The notes below the pieces were generated by a model. It had not been told where the DNA came from. It searched no databases and worked only from the letters and a program-made list of their open reading frames with translations. Source: Vicugna vicugna (taxonomy: Eukaryota). Taken from it: a stretch of DNA of 64,000 nucleotides. How positions within the stretch are numbered: position 1 is the stretch's first letter; every line of letters begins with the position of its first letter. Both the position numbers and the translations under genes were made by a program. Shown one piece after another: positions 14,320 to 27,755 of the stretch. The stretch covers positions 124,001 to 188,000 of the forward strand of contig MU058059.1 in the NCBI GenBank assembly GCA_013265495.1, written 5' to 3'.

Positions 14320-14500
14320 GGTTCCAAGTCCTCACGGGACCTCGACAACAATACCACGGGAGTAGGTGCAGTGACCGCCCCCCCACCGCGCGCCCGCTTT
14401 CAGGTGAAGAAATGGAGCCCCAGTGAGGTTAAATACTTTGTTCAGGGTATGAAAGTTGGTAAGTCATGGAACTAGGGCCAAATTCAAGGCTCTGGCGCCA
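14320..14500 (-). mobile_element. MIR SINE fragment
   Basis: tttcaggtgaagaaatggagccccagtgaggttaaatactttgttcaggg is the antisense MIR core. Confidence 0.6.
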
Positions 14501-15699
14501 GGGTGTGGCCCCCCCCCCGCCCCACTCTGCTCTGTGCCTTCCGATTTCCTTGCGTGATTTTGTTTTCTCACCCTTTTGGGTGGCATCGTTGTTAGATGGA
14601 AGGAACTCAGGAGTCAAGCCAGGTCCTTACCTAATCGAATTGCACCCTAAGCCGAGACCTTGACGTCTGAGGTTAGCAAGGCGCAGCGTGGTCTCCCTGT
14701 GGACTTGCAAGTGAACATGACATGAGGAAGTCGGCAAAGCAAGTCCCACAGCGCCGACCGTTCTGGCGACAGCTTTGGGTCACTGCCTCTGTGTCGGGAG
14801 AGAGGCGCCCTGCAGGGCCGAGGTGCGGGGTTCATCTAAGTCCAAGCTCCGTTTGGGGGGTTTCCGCTAAGTGCGAACACTGGTGGCGATGTTGGGGAGA
14901 GCTCTCATAACTGCTTCGTGAGCCATTGTGACATTCGGGGGCTGCAAAGGACATCACTGCATGTCACTTGGAGGTCACCTCCAGAACTGCCTGGGCTGAG
15001 GTGTGTGCTGAGAGGTGACTCCACAGGTGTGTCCGTGGGGGCAGAGGAACCCTTCTATCCCCGTGATATGTGTATTTTAGCAGAAGCAGCAGTAATTCAG
15101 ACTAAACGCATTTCTCTCCACTGAACTTTAAATTCTATGCTGTGGATTTTTGCTGTCAACTTGTTGTAAAACTGCCTTTCTGTGTTGATCAAAGTTTTTT
15201 GCAAGAGGAGGCGTCCAGCTGGGGGAAGGGAAGCCTCAGCGAGTGCCCGGGATGGAAAGTCGCTTTAAAACAAAAGAAACAAACTAAAGAGCCCCAGGAA
15301 ACACGGTACAGAACAGTGCAGGGGGGGGCACAAATCGTGTGGCTTTTAATGAATCAGGATACTTTCCACAGGCTGACAAGTAACAAGATTTCTCCTCAGA
15401 GGTGGGGAGGCACTTTAGGACAATAATCCTGAAAGGAACGGGAGTGGAGGCAGTGTTACCTGAATTGAGCCCAGACACTGGGGTCTGCAGGACGTTAGAA
15501 GGATTACGGAAGATGAGCAGCATCTTCCACTGACCTGATGAAAACTCGTGTCTATCAAGGACCAAATCCGTGCAGGCAGAACTAGAGCCGGTGACCCACC
15601 GAGTCGTGGAGATGTGGGGAGAACGGGCTCCCTGACCCTGGTCCTGCTGGCTTTAGGCTCCTAGCCCACACGACAAGGAACATTTCCATAGAGCAGATC

Positions 15700-16222
15700 T
15701 CACCCAGAGTCCAATTCAGAGCGCTCGGCACAGGTTACAAAGCCTCCTGCCTCTGACTCCAGTTCCCCTCTGCTGCATCTCTGCCCCCTCCCCGCGTCCC
15801 AGCTCATCTAACTTGGGCCCTTTGCACTGGGGCTCTCTTAGTGAACTCTCTGCCTGTGCTATTCCTTCTGCCAGCAACACGGCCCCTTCTTTTCCCTTAG
15901 CAGCCCCCTTGACTTGGACTGTAATTACCTCTTCCTCCAGGAAGCCCTCCCTTCTCTGCCTCGAAGTCTGGGTTAGTGACCTCTTCCATATCTCCCTCTG
16001 CTCAAACATACTGCGCTGCAATGACTTTTTTTTTTATATCTACACTCACTCCCCTAATAATATCCATACTGATCTGGACTCTAGTACCAATGCTGATAAT
16101 AATGCTTATAGTTAAACAAGTACAAGCCAATAGCTAACCGCTAACATACATGCTTTTATTTCCAGCACCAGCCGAGTCTGGCACCTAAGTTCTCTATAAA
16201 TATTAGTGGGATGAAGGAAGGA
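15700..16222 (+). mobile_element. L2 LINE 3' fragments
   Basis: gcctgtgctattccttctgcc...cctcttcctccaggaagccctccc and terminal gtctggcacctaag...ataaatattagtgggatgaaggaagga. Confidence 0.55.
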
Positions 16223-16269
16223 TCCCAGTTCAGACATGCATTTAGGTCTGGGACTCTATCCCCAAATCT

Positions 16270-16960
16270 TAAAAGTCAAAATTGCTTATTGCTTTTCTTA
16301 ATATAGAAGCAGTGTTTATGTACTACATAAAAATTATAAAAGGCGGTTAAGCAGAACAAAACGATAAAAAATGTGGAATTCCCCCACACATAGGCCACGC
16401 ATGGTTAACACACATTATACTTTTCTGCACCTTCATTTAGGTTTTGTAAGTTCCTTTCCCCAACACTGGCTGTCCTGAGCATCTCTGCATGATACCAGAA
16501 AGACGGTCTGCAACATTGTATGTAGGTCTGAATAGCTTCACACTGTACAGTAATATTTTCAGTCAAACCTCTTGTTATTTAGATTAACACCTACCTTTTT
16601 TTTGCATTAATAAACAACAGGGTGAGGAACATTCTACAGACGAGTGTTTGCACATGTTCTATATTTTTCTTTGAATGAATTCCCTGCACATGGAATTACT
16701 GCTTCAAAGTGCATACAGACATTTCCAAAGTTTGTGATCTTGTAAAAGGAACTGGCAGGTCACTCTGCGGGAAGGCTGTGAGTGTCAGGTTGCAAGGAAC
16801 TGCTGGCTGTTGCCTTAAACAGAATGGATAGAAAAGCAGCTCTTCCCAATTCAATGCATGGGGAAAAGGTGTTTTATCAATTTATTATTTGATTTTTAAC
16901 GAGGATGGTATTTTATACGCTTTGTGGGCCACTGGGACCTCGTCTTTTGTGAACTGTCTG
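16270..16960 (-). mobile_element. Old L1 (L1ME-like) 3' fragment
   Basis: tttgcattaataaacaacagggtgaggaacattct...tggaattactgcttcaaag resembles antisense L1M 3' region. Confidence 0.5.
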
Positions 16961-19371
16961 CTGGGGACACGCGCTTGTTGGATGGACTTGCAGAAGGCGC
17001 TGTTTTAACGATGACGTAAGAATGAGGACTTACGGAGAAGTTCCTGTGCCCGGCACCGGGCTGAGCTCACTGCTGTCAAATACACAGCAAGTCTTTTCAC
17101 AGGTGGTTTGTGCTTTAAAATACTCTCCTGATGGAATCATCGCTCCTGTTTCTCGAGGCAGTCTTTGCAGCTTTAGAAGTTGGCATCACTTCATCTTTAG
17201 CATTTAACCTCTTGAGCTGGGGACTGAGGCCCAGGGCCTGTTTAGGCTGCCCCCCACCCGCCGCCGGGTTTTACAGCTGACTCCGTCCTTCGTTACAAAG
17301 GCCCTGGCCTGATGGAGTGTCCACATGGTCACTCCCCCAGATGCTCTGGCCTGTGTCTCTGGGTGGTGACCTCAGAATTAGGTCACTAGGGCTCTGGGGA
17401 TCCCTCTGTGCCCTCTCTTTCCACAGATTCCCAAGGGGCAGAACCAAGGAGAGTGGGTGTGATGGAGTGACAGTGAGACTAAAATGTGGGGGTGGGACAG
17501 CCCAGAGAGCTCCTGGGCACCTGTGCAAGCACCTGTAGGAACCACACAGCATTCGGATCGAGGAAGAACAGTGACGACCCCCTGGCCCTTGAAATTTCCT
17601 GAGATGGCTGCTCAAATGTGTCCCTTTTATGGGTTTGGAATTTGTCTACCTTGTTGTCATGGTTACAGGAAATACAGCAATAGACATACATTGAAAACAT
17701 GACGTGGCGTGTCCATTTCAGAAAGACAAAGACCAAGACCGATGGCACAAGCCCACTTATGTAGATTTAAGAATAACCGTTAAGCCTCGTGTGTCTTAGA
17801 GGGACACAGATACTCATACGTGTATATCCAAGGATAAACGCCAGCGTCGTTTGCTCTGACGCTTCCTGGGGGGAGGGGAATGGGAGTTTTCCATTTCGAG
17901 AACAATGGAATCATAAAGAAAACAGGCTGTACCAGAGCCAGTGGTGGCGGTGTGTCTTGAATCAAGACACACGCCTAACTCAGCTGAGCAAACGGGCTCG
18001 GCTCCTGAGGCTCAAACACGGACGACGCCCTCGGCCTCCGCGCACTAGCGAGCAGCGTGCCTGCAGAGCCAGGGCGCTGACGGCGTCCTCTTACCTCTGT
18101 GGTGCCCGTGGTCCCCGGGGTCCCAGCTGGCCCTCCACCATCGCTGACTGCTGATTCTCATGCCCTTTAGTCCTTTCTCACATGAAACGGTTGACCTGGG
18201 AACCCGTGGGAGGGGACAGAAATTCCCTGGCTGCTTGTGACTTCCGGGGCTCTTTATGTGTTCCGGGCTTTTTTCCCCCTTGAGGGCAGAAATTGATTTT
18301 GTGGAGTCCCTGACACATAGTAGATCATTAATGTTTCTTACATTGAACTCACTGGTTTTCAGAATTTTTAAGAAAAATTCTTCGGTTTGTCGAAATCATG
18401 AAAAAAGTGAATTTTTTCCTATACTTACTGTACCCTCTGGGGGTCACATGTGGGGCTAGTGGCTTGGGTAGAACTGGGGGCTGGGGCACCTGGTGGGGAG
18501 CAGTCAGCCTAGGGTGGGAGCCAGGACACTCACATCTTCGGGCTTTTCCGAGGCCCCTCTCGAGGCGGCTACTAGAAAGAAACAAGGAGCGGTCTCCCTG
18601 TCGGCCTTCTTTACCATGCGCTTCCAAAGGAAATTGGTTATTTACCACTTTCTTTCTTGCTCTCCATCCAGTTCCCTATTTCACATCTCTTTTCTGGTAA
18701 TTTAGTTTTCTGGGATCAATCTTCTATCTTTATTTTACTCTGTCCTATGGCCTCCCGCCCTGGAATCTGCCCACCTCTGTCATTTTCCAAGGATCAAAAA
18801 GGTTAAATTGATAAATACCTACTTCAGGAGCAAAGAAGGAAAAAAGGAAAAACAAACTCGACTTGGATGTTTAAAAGTCTGGCTTCATAAGTGGCCAGGC
18901 TTCATTCTCTTAATTATGAAACACTGTTTGGATTTTAGCATCTTCGGAGAACTTATTCATGTCAAAGTTTTGAAGGTGATAAACTACAAAGACAGAGGAT
19001 TATCTATTGTAAAAGATTTTCTTTTTTCTGGCCTGAGGGAAAGAACATCGTGGCCAGGAGGTGGTCCAGGCTTAACAGGGCTCCCCCACCCCCCCGTGAA
19101 TGTGCAAATCGGTAGGACTCGTCAGCCTTTGGGAAGAGGAATTAGCCCGGAGACTGCAAACCATCTCTAAGAAGAAGTGGCATTAAAACTAAACTCAGAT
19201 TCCAGTAATGTCACCCATCTCCCAGTTTTCTTCTTTCTAACTGATTCCATCTACTTACTGTAATAAAGCAGTTACAGCGGCGTTGTACGCTTGTGCGTCT
19301 GCGTTGCTACGCCCTCACTGACACGTGTCTTTCACGTCTCCTCAGCATCACAGTTCTTGGATTGAGGTCTC

Positions 19372-19733
19372 TGTTGTGGGCCAGACTGCATCCCTGTCAA
19401 AACCACATGCTGAAGCCCTAACCCTGGTACCTCAGGAGGGGACTATTTTTTTTTTGGAGATGGCGGTCTTGAAAGTGGTGACAGGTAAAATGAGGTCACT
19501 AGGGTGGACTCTAATTCAATCTGATTGATGTCCTTGTAAGAAGAGATCAGGCTGCAGACACACACACACACACACGACTGTGTGAAGTCACCTGCAGGCC
19601 AAGGAGTGAGGCCTCGCGAGAAACCAAACCTGCCAGCACTGTAACCTTGTGGCCTCCGGAACTGTGAGAAGGGAAGACTGCTGTTAAAGCCGCCCTGTGA
19701 GCGCCTTCTTCTGGCGGCCCTGGGGCTGACATA
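19372..19733 (+). mobile_element. MLT1B-like MaLR solo LTR
   Basis: Starts tgttgtgggccagactgc; contains taaaatgaggtcactagggtgg and gccaaggagtgaggcctc; flanked by GTCTC / GTCTT (5-bp TSD, one mismatch). Confidence 0.85.
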
Positions 19734-20018
19734 GTCTTTCATGACTACTTCATCACTTTTATACCCATTACGCACACGCGCTCACATGTGTGTGCAGAGC
19801 GACTGGGGAAGACGGAAGAAAGATGTTTTTACCTTTCTTCCTGCTCAGTACGCCCTAAAATGAAAGTACAAAAAAGTGCAAGGGTGGTGATTTAGGCTGC
19901 CCTGAAAATCAGCTGGGCCACCCACCCCCACCCCAACACTGACCTGCAGCCACCCCAGCCACCCTTCTGCTGAGGATGTGAGCAGGGGCCCAGGCCCCGT
20001 CAGACTGACGGATGTGGC

Positions 20019-20033
20019 ACCTCCAGGGGGCAC
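20019..20033 (+). promoter_or_regulatory. CTCF core motif (forward)
   Basis: CCTCCAGGGGGCAC matches CCASYAGRKGGCRS with one mismatch. Confidence 0.4.
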
Positions 20034-20409
20034 GTGCATCTCTGGCTTAAGGATTGCTTCCTGTAATAAACCCCGTTACGGAGGAAAGTTTATCTTAGAA
20101 CGACGTGAAGGCAGCAAGAAGTTAAGAGTCACCTTTTCCTAGAGAGGGCCCCTGGTCTGCTTCCACACTGGGCCTTTGGGCTGGACAGAGGGACACACCT
20201 GTTGAAGGAGCAACTCACCGAGCCCTTTGCCGAGGCACAGTGGCATTGGAACCTGTCCATAGTGTTCCCGGAGGAAACCGTGAAAGTGGCTCTTGTTCTA
20301 ACAACGGAGTTTGGTGCTTTTGACAAACAGCGGGGTGGCCTTTTATAATAGGAACTTTGTTTTCTTTTTAAAAAAACTTTAGAGTTCCTCACCTCGAGGG
20401 TGAGAGTCT

Positions 20410-20630
20410 CAGAGGCAGCATAGCCCTTGAAAGCCAGGCTCTGGGGCCAGAGAGCCCAGGTGTGAATCCTGCATGCCTTTAACTGACCTCTCTGACTTTC
20501 AGTTTCCCAAACTCTAACATGGGAATAACAGAAATATTTACATCGTCAGATTGATGTGAAGATAAAGCGAGTTAATACATGTAAAATCTTTAGCGGCGCC
20601 TGGTGTGTGACCTCAGTAGCATTACCTATT
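20410..20630 (+). mobile_element. MIR SINE
   Basis: ggctctggggccaga...tgaatcctg...ctctctgactttcagtttccc...gagttaatacatgtaaaa...gcgcctgg. Confidence 0.75.
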
Positions 20631-21384
20631 AGAGTATCTCCAGTTGCACCTGACTGTGCACTTCCGGAAGAAAACAGGACTTAACAACTGAGTGTGAGCC
20701 ACTTTATGAGAAAGAATCAGACTGGAAGCAATAAACGTATTCCACTCTGGTCTCTTCCTGGCTCGTGATTTTGGAATATACAAGACTATTTTAAACATAG
20801 TTTTCTTTGGAGCAGGCTGTAAGGCTTGGAAGCATCACTGAGTGCTGTGTTTGGTTCTAATGTTCAAGCAGAAGTCAAGAATGTCAAGGTGAAGTTTTCA
20901 GAAAGAAAACTACCACCAGGAATTCTTAGACACACGTGTTCAGTATCTTTCATATAAAAGAAAGATGATAGATAGCATCTTATGAGATTTTAGGAGTTGA
21001 TAAGTTCTGTAAAGAAATGGTTTCAAGTAATGAGGTTTCCATCAAATAGAATGAAAATACTAACATATGGTCCCGAGAATAGATACCCAAGATAATTCTA
21101 GGTTACATATTTAGCATCTCTGTGGATGAAAATTATTAGATAAGCCAAGATGAGGGAAGATATTCCTGGCAGCCTCATCTTTTAGGAAATTGCATCTCAA
21201 AACTTTGATCTTAATGCCGAATAATGGGGTTGATTCTGGTAGAAATCTACAGCAGGTACCCTTAACATCAGCGTTTGTCTGATGAGGGATTTTAAAGCTT
21301 TGATTACTTTATTCCCATTTTGTTCCCTTAAGTATTTTAGTTGCACAAATAACTGTATTTTTTGTTTGTGAATACCTTCTCATT

Positions 21385-21832
21385 CTTTTTTTTAATTGAA
21401 GTAAAGTCAGTTATAATGTGTCTCTCTCTGGTGCACAGCACAATGTCCCAGTCATGCACACACATTCATTTCCGTATTCTTTTTCATTAAAGGTTATTAC
21501 TAGATATTGAATATAGTTCCCTGTGCTAATCAGAAGCAGCTTTTAAAAAAATTATTCTTATATTTAGTGGCTACCATTTGTAAATCTCAAACTCCCAAGT
21601 TTACCCCTTCCCACCCCCTTCCCCTGGCAGCCATGAGCTTGTTGACTGTCTGCGAGTCTGTTTCTGTTTTGTAGATGGGCTCATAATGTCCTTTTTTTTT
21701 AGATTCCACATATGGGCGATCTCATATGGTATTTTTCTTTCTCTTTCTGGCTGACTTCACTTAGAATGACCATCTCTAGGTCCATCCATGTTGCTGCAAA
21801 TGGCATTATGTTATTCTTTTTTATGGCTGAGT
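21385..21832 (-). mobile_element. 5'-truncated younger L1 3' end
   Basis: Poly-T then aattgaagtaaagtcagtta...agattccacatatg...tccatccatgttgctgcaaatggcatt; closely similar to the copy at 55044. Confidence 0.9.
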
Positions 21833-23965
21833 CACTGTGGTTTTCTAACTGTAGTATTACAATACGACAGACCGGGAATTTTGATAGGTCTACATTTTAA
21901 AAGAAAAGCATGGATGTATCAAGGTGGATGAGTGGGATGACAGTTACCCATGTTCAAGGAATGGGAAGACCAGAGGGAAATCCAAACCTGGGAGAAAAGG
22001 TGAGAAAGTGTTCCTTACACAGCAGCTCGTGAAGGCAAATGATTCAAGTAACAAGTTACCTTATCTGCCCTTCGTATTAAAAAAAAAAAACCACTAAAGT
22101 GTTTTAGAGTCAGCAGACCCTAGACGGCAGCTGAAGAAAGCTCATTTGGTTTCCTCATGTGTGCCCCACCCTCTAAGACTCATGTTATTTCTCTACAGCC
22201 TATTCAGACATTAACACTCTAGTCAGAACAAAATGAGTGAATTAGAATGTGATTGCCAGTGGTTTTGCCAAAGTGGTTTTAATTTCAGTGCTAAAATTAA
22301 AAGCATAAAATATACACATATACAAATATATACATAAAAATCTTTCTGGGGAGGAAGTCACTATACTGTGGTGGAAATGGACATCTAGTACACTTAAGCT
22401 GGTATTTTATGATTCCTAAATGGATGTTTTTTAAACTTTAGTATAAAAACGTGTCTTTGATGAGTATGTTTAGAAAACTTGGAGAGTAGTTGTCACAGTG
22501 TCTTGAAATTGGTACACTGGTTCCTCATTTTTGTTTTCATGTTGTTTATTGGTTTACTGTTTGGTCTGACTCGAACTGCCTTTAATTTTATATGTAGCCA
22601 CTGAAATCTTTTGTAATTCCAAAACCTCTTTGTTTACAAAGAAGAAAAGTTGACTTATTAACTGAATGTTAATTTTCTTGAAGATTTAGGTTATTAGAAT
22701 CATTGAGAGATTTTGTGGGAAATGCAGGATAGTAGAAAAACGTAGGGAAATTGCTACACTGGAGGGAGACAGTCACCCATGACATGTTACATCCTTGTTA
22801 GTGATTCATTGGCTTTTAAGATGGATTCCAACGCCATTTGAAGAGCATTTGAGCAAAGCCAAGTAATGTTGAACTCAGATCTTGGGAAGAAAAAAATTTC
22901 CCCTTTCAGAGATGCTTTTTCCTGATTATATTTCAATGCTAGATGGAAGACTATCAACGGAATTTCCTTGAAAGTCCTTGGCTCTGTAACATGATGCATC
23001 AAATACTGGCGCTTTGGCATCATGACCAAGCCTACATACACCCTTGGGGCAGGGTTTCCCATTGGTGGCCAAGGCCCTTCTGAGCCAGCGTCACACCACT
23101 GACCAGTCCCCCTCGTGAGATGCGTTAACCAGCTACTCGACCGGAGATAACCGGGTGGCTTCTGCCCATGGCAAAGGGTTGACTTCCTCCCTGTGGTTGA
23201 CCACCTGCAACCTTGACCCCAGTAGCCTTGTTTCAACTGATTGAGCCAGGTGAGAGGTGACACACAAGAGCACCCTGAGGACAGAAACAAAGTCATTGCA
23301 AATGTTCATGGAGAAGAGGATAAATTAACATGGATCATTTAACTGAACATATACTCATTTATCAGTTTCAATGAGATTATCCTACAGAAAGAAAGGTGGT
23401 TATCAGGTGAATAATTACCCTTTTCAGTCTATGAAGGATTTTGGAGGATGCTGTGCAATTTATCTTTATTGCCACAGAATAGCAGGGAATGGGACAAAAT
23501 TACAGGAAAGGGAGAGTATACAGTAAGTTAATAAGCACTTGGAATCTCTTTAAACCATTCAGGACAGATTGTGACATGTCACTCTCTTGATGTCTGAGGC
23601 CATTTTTTTCCTTAACCACAGAAGGATTCGTCTCTGTATTTTACTGTGTTCCTACTGAGGTTATTAGACTCTGTGTTGAGCCCTTAGAAGTCTGAAGGTC
23701 TTCTCCAAGTCTATTAGTTATAAACCAAATATACAGCATAAAAATAAGCTACTTCTCTAAAAAGTTAGTCCTAAGACGGTGCTTTATCTCAGATATTTGA
23801 GTAAACAATCCTTTAAACATCATTATCTCTTGCACTGGCATGTCCCAGGGTTCTGCTCTGTTTTCCAGAAGTATTTTAATAATCTAAACATTGATGCTTA
23901 AGTGATGACAGTAAGATAGCTGACATTTCAGTCAGTATAATACACACACCAAGCTTTTATGTCAT

Positions 23966-24745
23966 TGTGGTACTGTGATTTATAATGAGAAATGTATATT
24001 TAGTCTTCATCTCTGGGGCACAGAGCTTCCAAAGCTCTTAGAACTTCCTAAGTGATGAGTGACAAAGAGCTTTTTTACGTTACTAAGGTGACTTTGGGAT
24101 TGCACCTAAGGATGGCGGCTGGTTGACAGGAAAACCCACCATGACGTTACAGGGTTGGAACTTTCAGTCCCACCTCCTGACCTCTGGGGAGGGGAGAAGG
24201 CTGGAGGTTGAGTTTAGTCACCAATGGCCAATGTTTTGACCAGTCGTGTCTATGTAACGAAGCCCCCATAAAAACCCAGAAGAACAGGTTTGGAGAGCTT
24301 CTGGGTTGTGAACACGTGCAGATCTGGGGAGAGAGGTGCGCCTGGACGGCCCAGAAGCGCTATGCCCTGTCCCTGCACCCTGATGTCACATCATTTGACT
24401 AGTGACTGGTCTTCTTTACAGTCCGTATATCAGCAATCTAGCGAGTAAACTGGTTTCCTGACTTCTGTGAGCCTCTCTGCCAAACTGACTGAACTCAAGG
24501 GAGGGGCGTGGGAGCCTCTGATTTATAGTTGGTCAGAAGGACAGGTGACTGGGGTCTGAAGTGGGGGAGGAGTGGGAAGCAGTCTTGTCGGACCGAGCGC
24601 TTACCCCGTGCGGTCTGACTCCAGCTCCAGCTAGACAGCGTCAGAGCTGAGTTAGACTGTCAGACACTGAGCTGCTGGTGGAGAACTGCTTGGTGGTGTG
24701 GGGAAGCAGCTGCACCCTGACCCCTTGGGACTGGGAGCAGAACTC
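23966..24745 (+). mobile_element. MER21-like ERV LTR
   Basis: tgtggtactgtgatttataatgag...agggttggaactttcagtcccacctcctgacctctggggaggggagaaggctggaggttgagtt...tggtttcctgacttctgtgagcc are MER21 hallmarks. Confidence 0.8.
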
Positions 24746-25609
24746 TTTAGTTATCTCTTTGGAATTCTCGCAAACTAGGCTCCAGTAAGAAGGGGTGAAA
24801 ATGGCTGAGGGGGCTCCGGGGCTCAGATGAAGTTAACTTCATCCAAGACTTTTTGCTTAGAACTTTTTATCTCTGCCCCTGTTGGAGAGTACTGAAGAAG
24901 GACAACTATTTTAAACATTATTATTATGAGAAGACAATTCATCTCCTGCCCTTAATATTAGGTGAGTATTTTTTCTCAATATATGAAGGTTATAGGCAAT
25001 TGTTTATCATTTGCAAATGCATAGGATTTTCAGAAAGTAATTATCAAAGACTTTGAAAAGATAGAGAACCAAAAGATCAAACATATTTTAGAATAAAGCT
25101 GTCTTCCTAAAAAGATATTATCTTAAAAACATTTCCTCTGTCATCATAAATTAGAACCACGTATATGTGATGCCACTCTGGGGATGGGAACAAAGGCCCT
25201 GCAGGGCACAGGCTCTACTCAAAAGCCTGCGATACTAAACTGTCAAAAAACAATTTTTGATGTTAAGTGGTGTGAACAGATTTTATTTTATTTGACACGT
25301 TGGAAGATAAGAAATAGGATGTGTGGAAGATAAAACAGTGAATGTATTTCAATGAAAGTTAAACAATATTCTTACTAATAAGCAAAATCATAAAACTATT
25401 TTGCACTATAAAGTTCCAGTCACACTTCATGATTTTAATGCTAAAAGTGATGTGACTTCCCTCTCTAGTGCCACAGCGCTGTGTTCAAGTAGCTGGAATG
25501 CCTCAGAACTGTGTGTGAGAAACATGTGAAGGAGCTTTTTGAGATGAGATCGTGATAAACACAAGCTTAGGAAATTCTCAAAGGGTCATAAATTGCTAAA
25601 AGGATGAGG

Positions 25610-26885
25610 TACTTCTGCCCGAGATAGAGTTACAAGGGACCACATTTACCTCCAACCTGAAACAATCAAAAACCGTGGGCAAAGGAGGAAATAGATCAGT
25701 TTTCTAAGCACTGGACATCAGACAATGAAAAACACTGATTCCTGAGAGATGGAAAAGAAAGTAGGAAAACTTGTCAGTTGCCCTCTCTTAATCCAAAGAG
25801 AATTTCTAGGTTACTGTGCAGAGAGAGGAAGTCCAGGCAGAGCCCAGCCGACTCCGAGTGTAGGGGACAGAAAGTCCAGGGAGACCAAGGCAGATGGAGT
25901 TCTCGGGACAGAGCTGCAGAGGGTCTGACCAGCAAATGCATCTGAAGGAATACACGAGGCTGGGGGAAAACACATCCGAAAAGACTCGCAGAGAGCGTGT
26001 GCTGCTCACTTGGGGCTGGGAATAGTGCTTGCTCTTGCCGGGCAGACTGGAACGGGTCAGAATTCATGGGACACTGGCCGGAGTCCTCAGGAAGTCTTGC
26101 TTCAGTAGTGCGAAGAACTAGAGTTGTACTGAGCACTGCTCTGGACCCATTTAACAAGTTGTACAAGCAAGACGTGAAACAGTCAAGCTGTTTCCACATA
26201 GCTTATCAAAGAACAAAATTCAAGAACACAAAACTATCCAGCACCCAATAAGGTAAAATTCAATGTCTGGTAACCAATCTTGAAGTTAAGTAGAGACTCA
26301 GAAGATATAAAAGAGACCCCAAATGAATTTATAGAGAGAACAAATATGTGTGAGATGAAAAATACACTGGATGGGATTAATGGAAGATTAGACATGGCAG
26401 AAGGAAAGATTAGTGAATTTGAAGGCACAGAAACTGTCCAAAATGAAACAAAGAAAAAAGAATCCCTCAAAAGCAAAGATTTGGTGAGCTGGGACTAAGT
26501 TGAGCAGAGTAATATCTGTGTAACGGGAGCCCCTGGAGGGATGACTGAAGAAATAATGGCTGAAATTTGATGGAAACTAGCAATCTGCTAATCTAAGGAG
26601 TGTAATGAATTCCAAACATGAGAAATGTGAGGACAGCGACACCAAGGCACATCATAATGAAATCGTATAGATCCAGGGGTAAAAAGAAACCTTAGAAGCA
26701 GACAAAAGAAAGAGGACATTATTTACAGAAGAATAAACACAAAGATGGGGGCAGGTTTCCCACAGAAGCAATGTACCCAGAAAGAACTCTCTTCAGAATA
26801 CGGAAAGGACAAAACAGTCCTTTCAGCCTAGAAATCTATACTCAGAGAAGATACCTCTCAAAAGTGAAGGTAACATATGAACGTT
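25610..26885 (+). mobile_element. Ancient L1M 5' region with decayed ORF1
   Basis: ORF 26280..26498 EMKNTLDGINGRLDMAEGKISEFE is typical L1 ORF1p coiled-coil; downstream acaccaaggcacatcataatgaaatc corresponds to the ORF1 PRHII region. Confidence 0.85.
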
Positions 26886-26961
26886 TCCTTCTGACGGAAT
26901 TCCTCTGACATTTTGTCTGGACTCATCTCTTCTCTAGAAAGTGAAGTTGCTAGAGTCCTAC

Positions 26962-27755
26962 TGTACAGGCAGAAAAATGGCCCCCAGAGGTGTCCTGATG
27001 CCCGGGGTCTGTGAGTCTGGTGCTGCCCGTTCACGGTGCCACAACACAGAGCACCACAGAGTGGGTGGCTTAAACGGCATAGAGGTATTTCTGACCGTTT
27101 TGGAGAACAGAAGTCTGAGGCCAGCGTGCCAGGGTGGCTGGGTCATAGTGCGGGCAGGCTGTCCGCTCACCCTTGCACCCTCACGTGATGGAAGGAGGGC
27201 TGGAGAGCTCTGTGGGGTCCGCTGTACGAGGCACTAATCCCACTCATCAGGGCCCCACTCTCACCATGTAGGCACCTCCCAAAGGCCTCATCTCCCAATA
27301 CCACCACCTTGGGGGTTAGGATTTCAACATAGGAATTTTGGGAGGACACAAACATTCAGTCCATAACGTACCTTGCAGGAGTGATTAAGCTAAAAATCTT
27401 GAGATCAGGAGATGATCCTGGGTAGGTCCAATGTAATGACAAGGATCCTTATAAATGAGGGGAAAACAGGGAATCAGAGCCAGAGATGGAATTGAGGGTG
27501 CTGTGCTGCCGGCTTTGAAGACAGAGGAAGGGGCCATGAGCCAGGGAATGCGGGGGTCCTCTGGAAGCTGGAAAAGGCAAGGGAAATCCTCTCCCCTAGA
27601 GCCTCCAGAAGGAACTCAGCCCCGCTAACACCTTGACTTTAGCCCAGTAAGACCCATTTTAGACCTTTGACTTCGAGAAATGTAGGATAACAAATGTGTG
27701 TGTTTTAAGCCCCTGCATTTGTGGGATTTGTTACAGCAGCGATAGGAATTTAATC
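26962..27755 (+). mobile_element. MLT1D-like LTR interrupted by an MLT1A-like LTR
   Basis: 5' tgtacaggcagaaaaatggccccc; resumes at ~27369 with gtgattaagctaaaaatcttgagat...ggaagctggaaaaggcaagg...ttgttacagcagcgatagga. Confidence 0.85.
27018..27368 (-). mobile_element. MLT1A-like MaLR LTR nested in MLT1D
   Basis: ggcactaatcccactcatcagggcccc...cttgggggttaggatttcaacataggaattttgggaggacacaaacattcagtccataac matches antisense MLT1A. Confidence 0.85.

Noticed and set aside
22787..23296. 169-aa minus-strand ORF as a CDS
   Set aside because: No recognisable domain and no supporting gene structure; kept only as a note under the overlapping exon candidate
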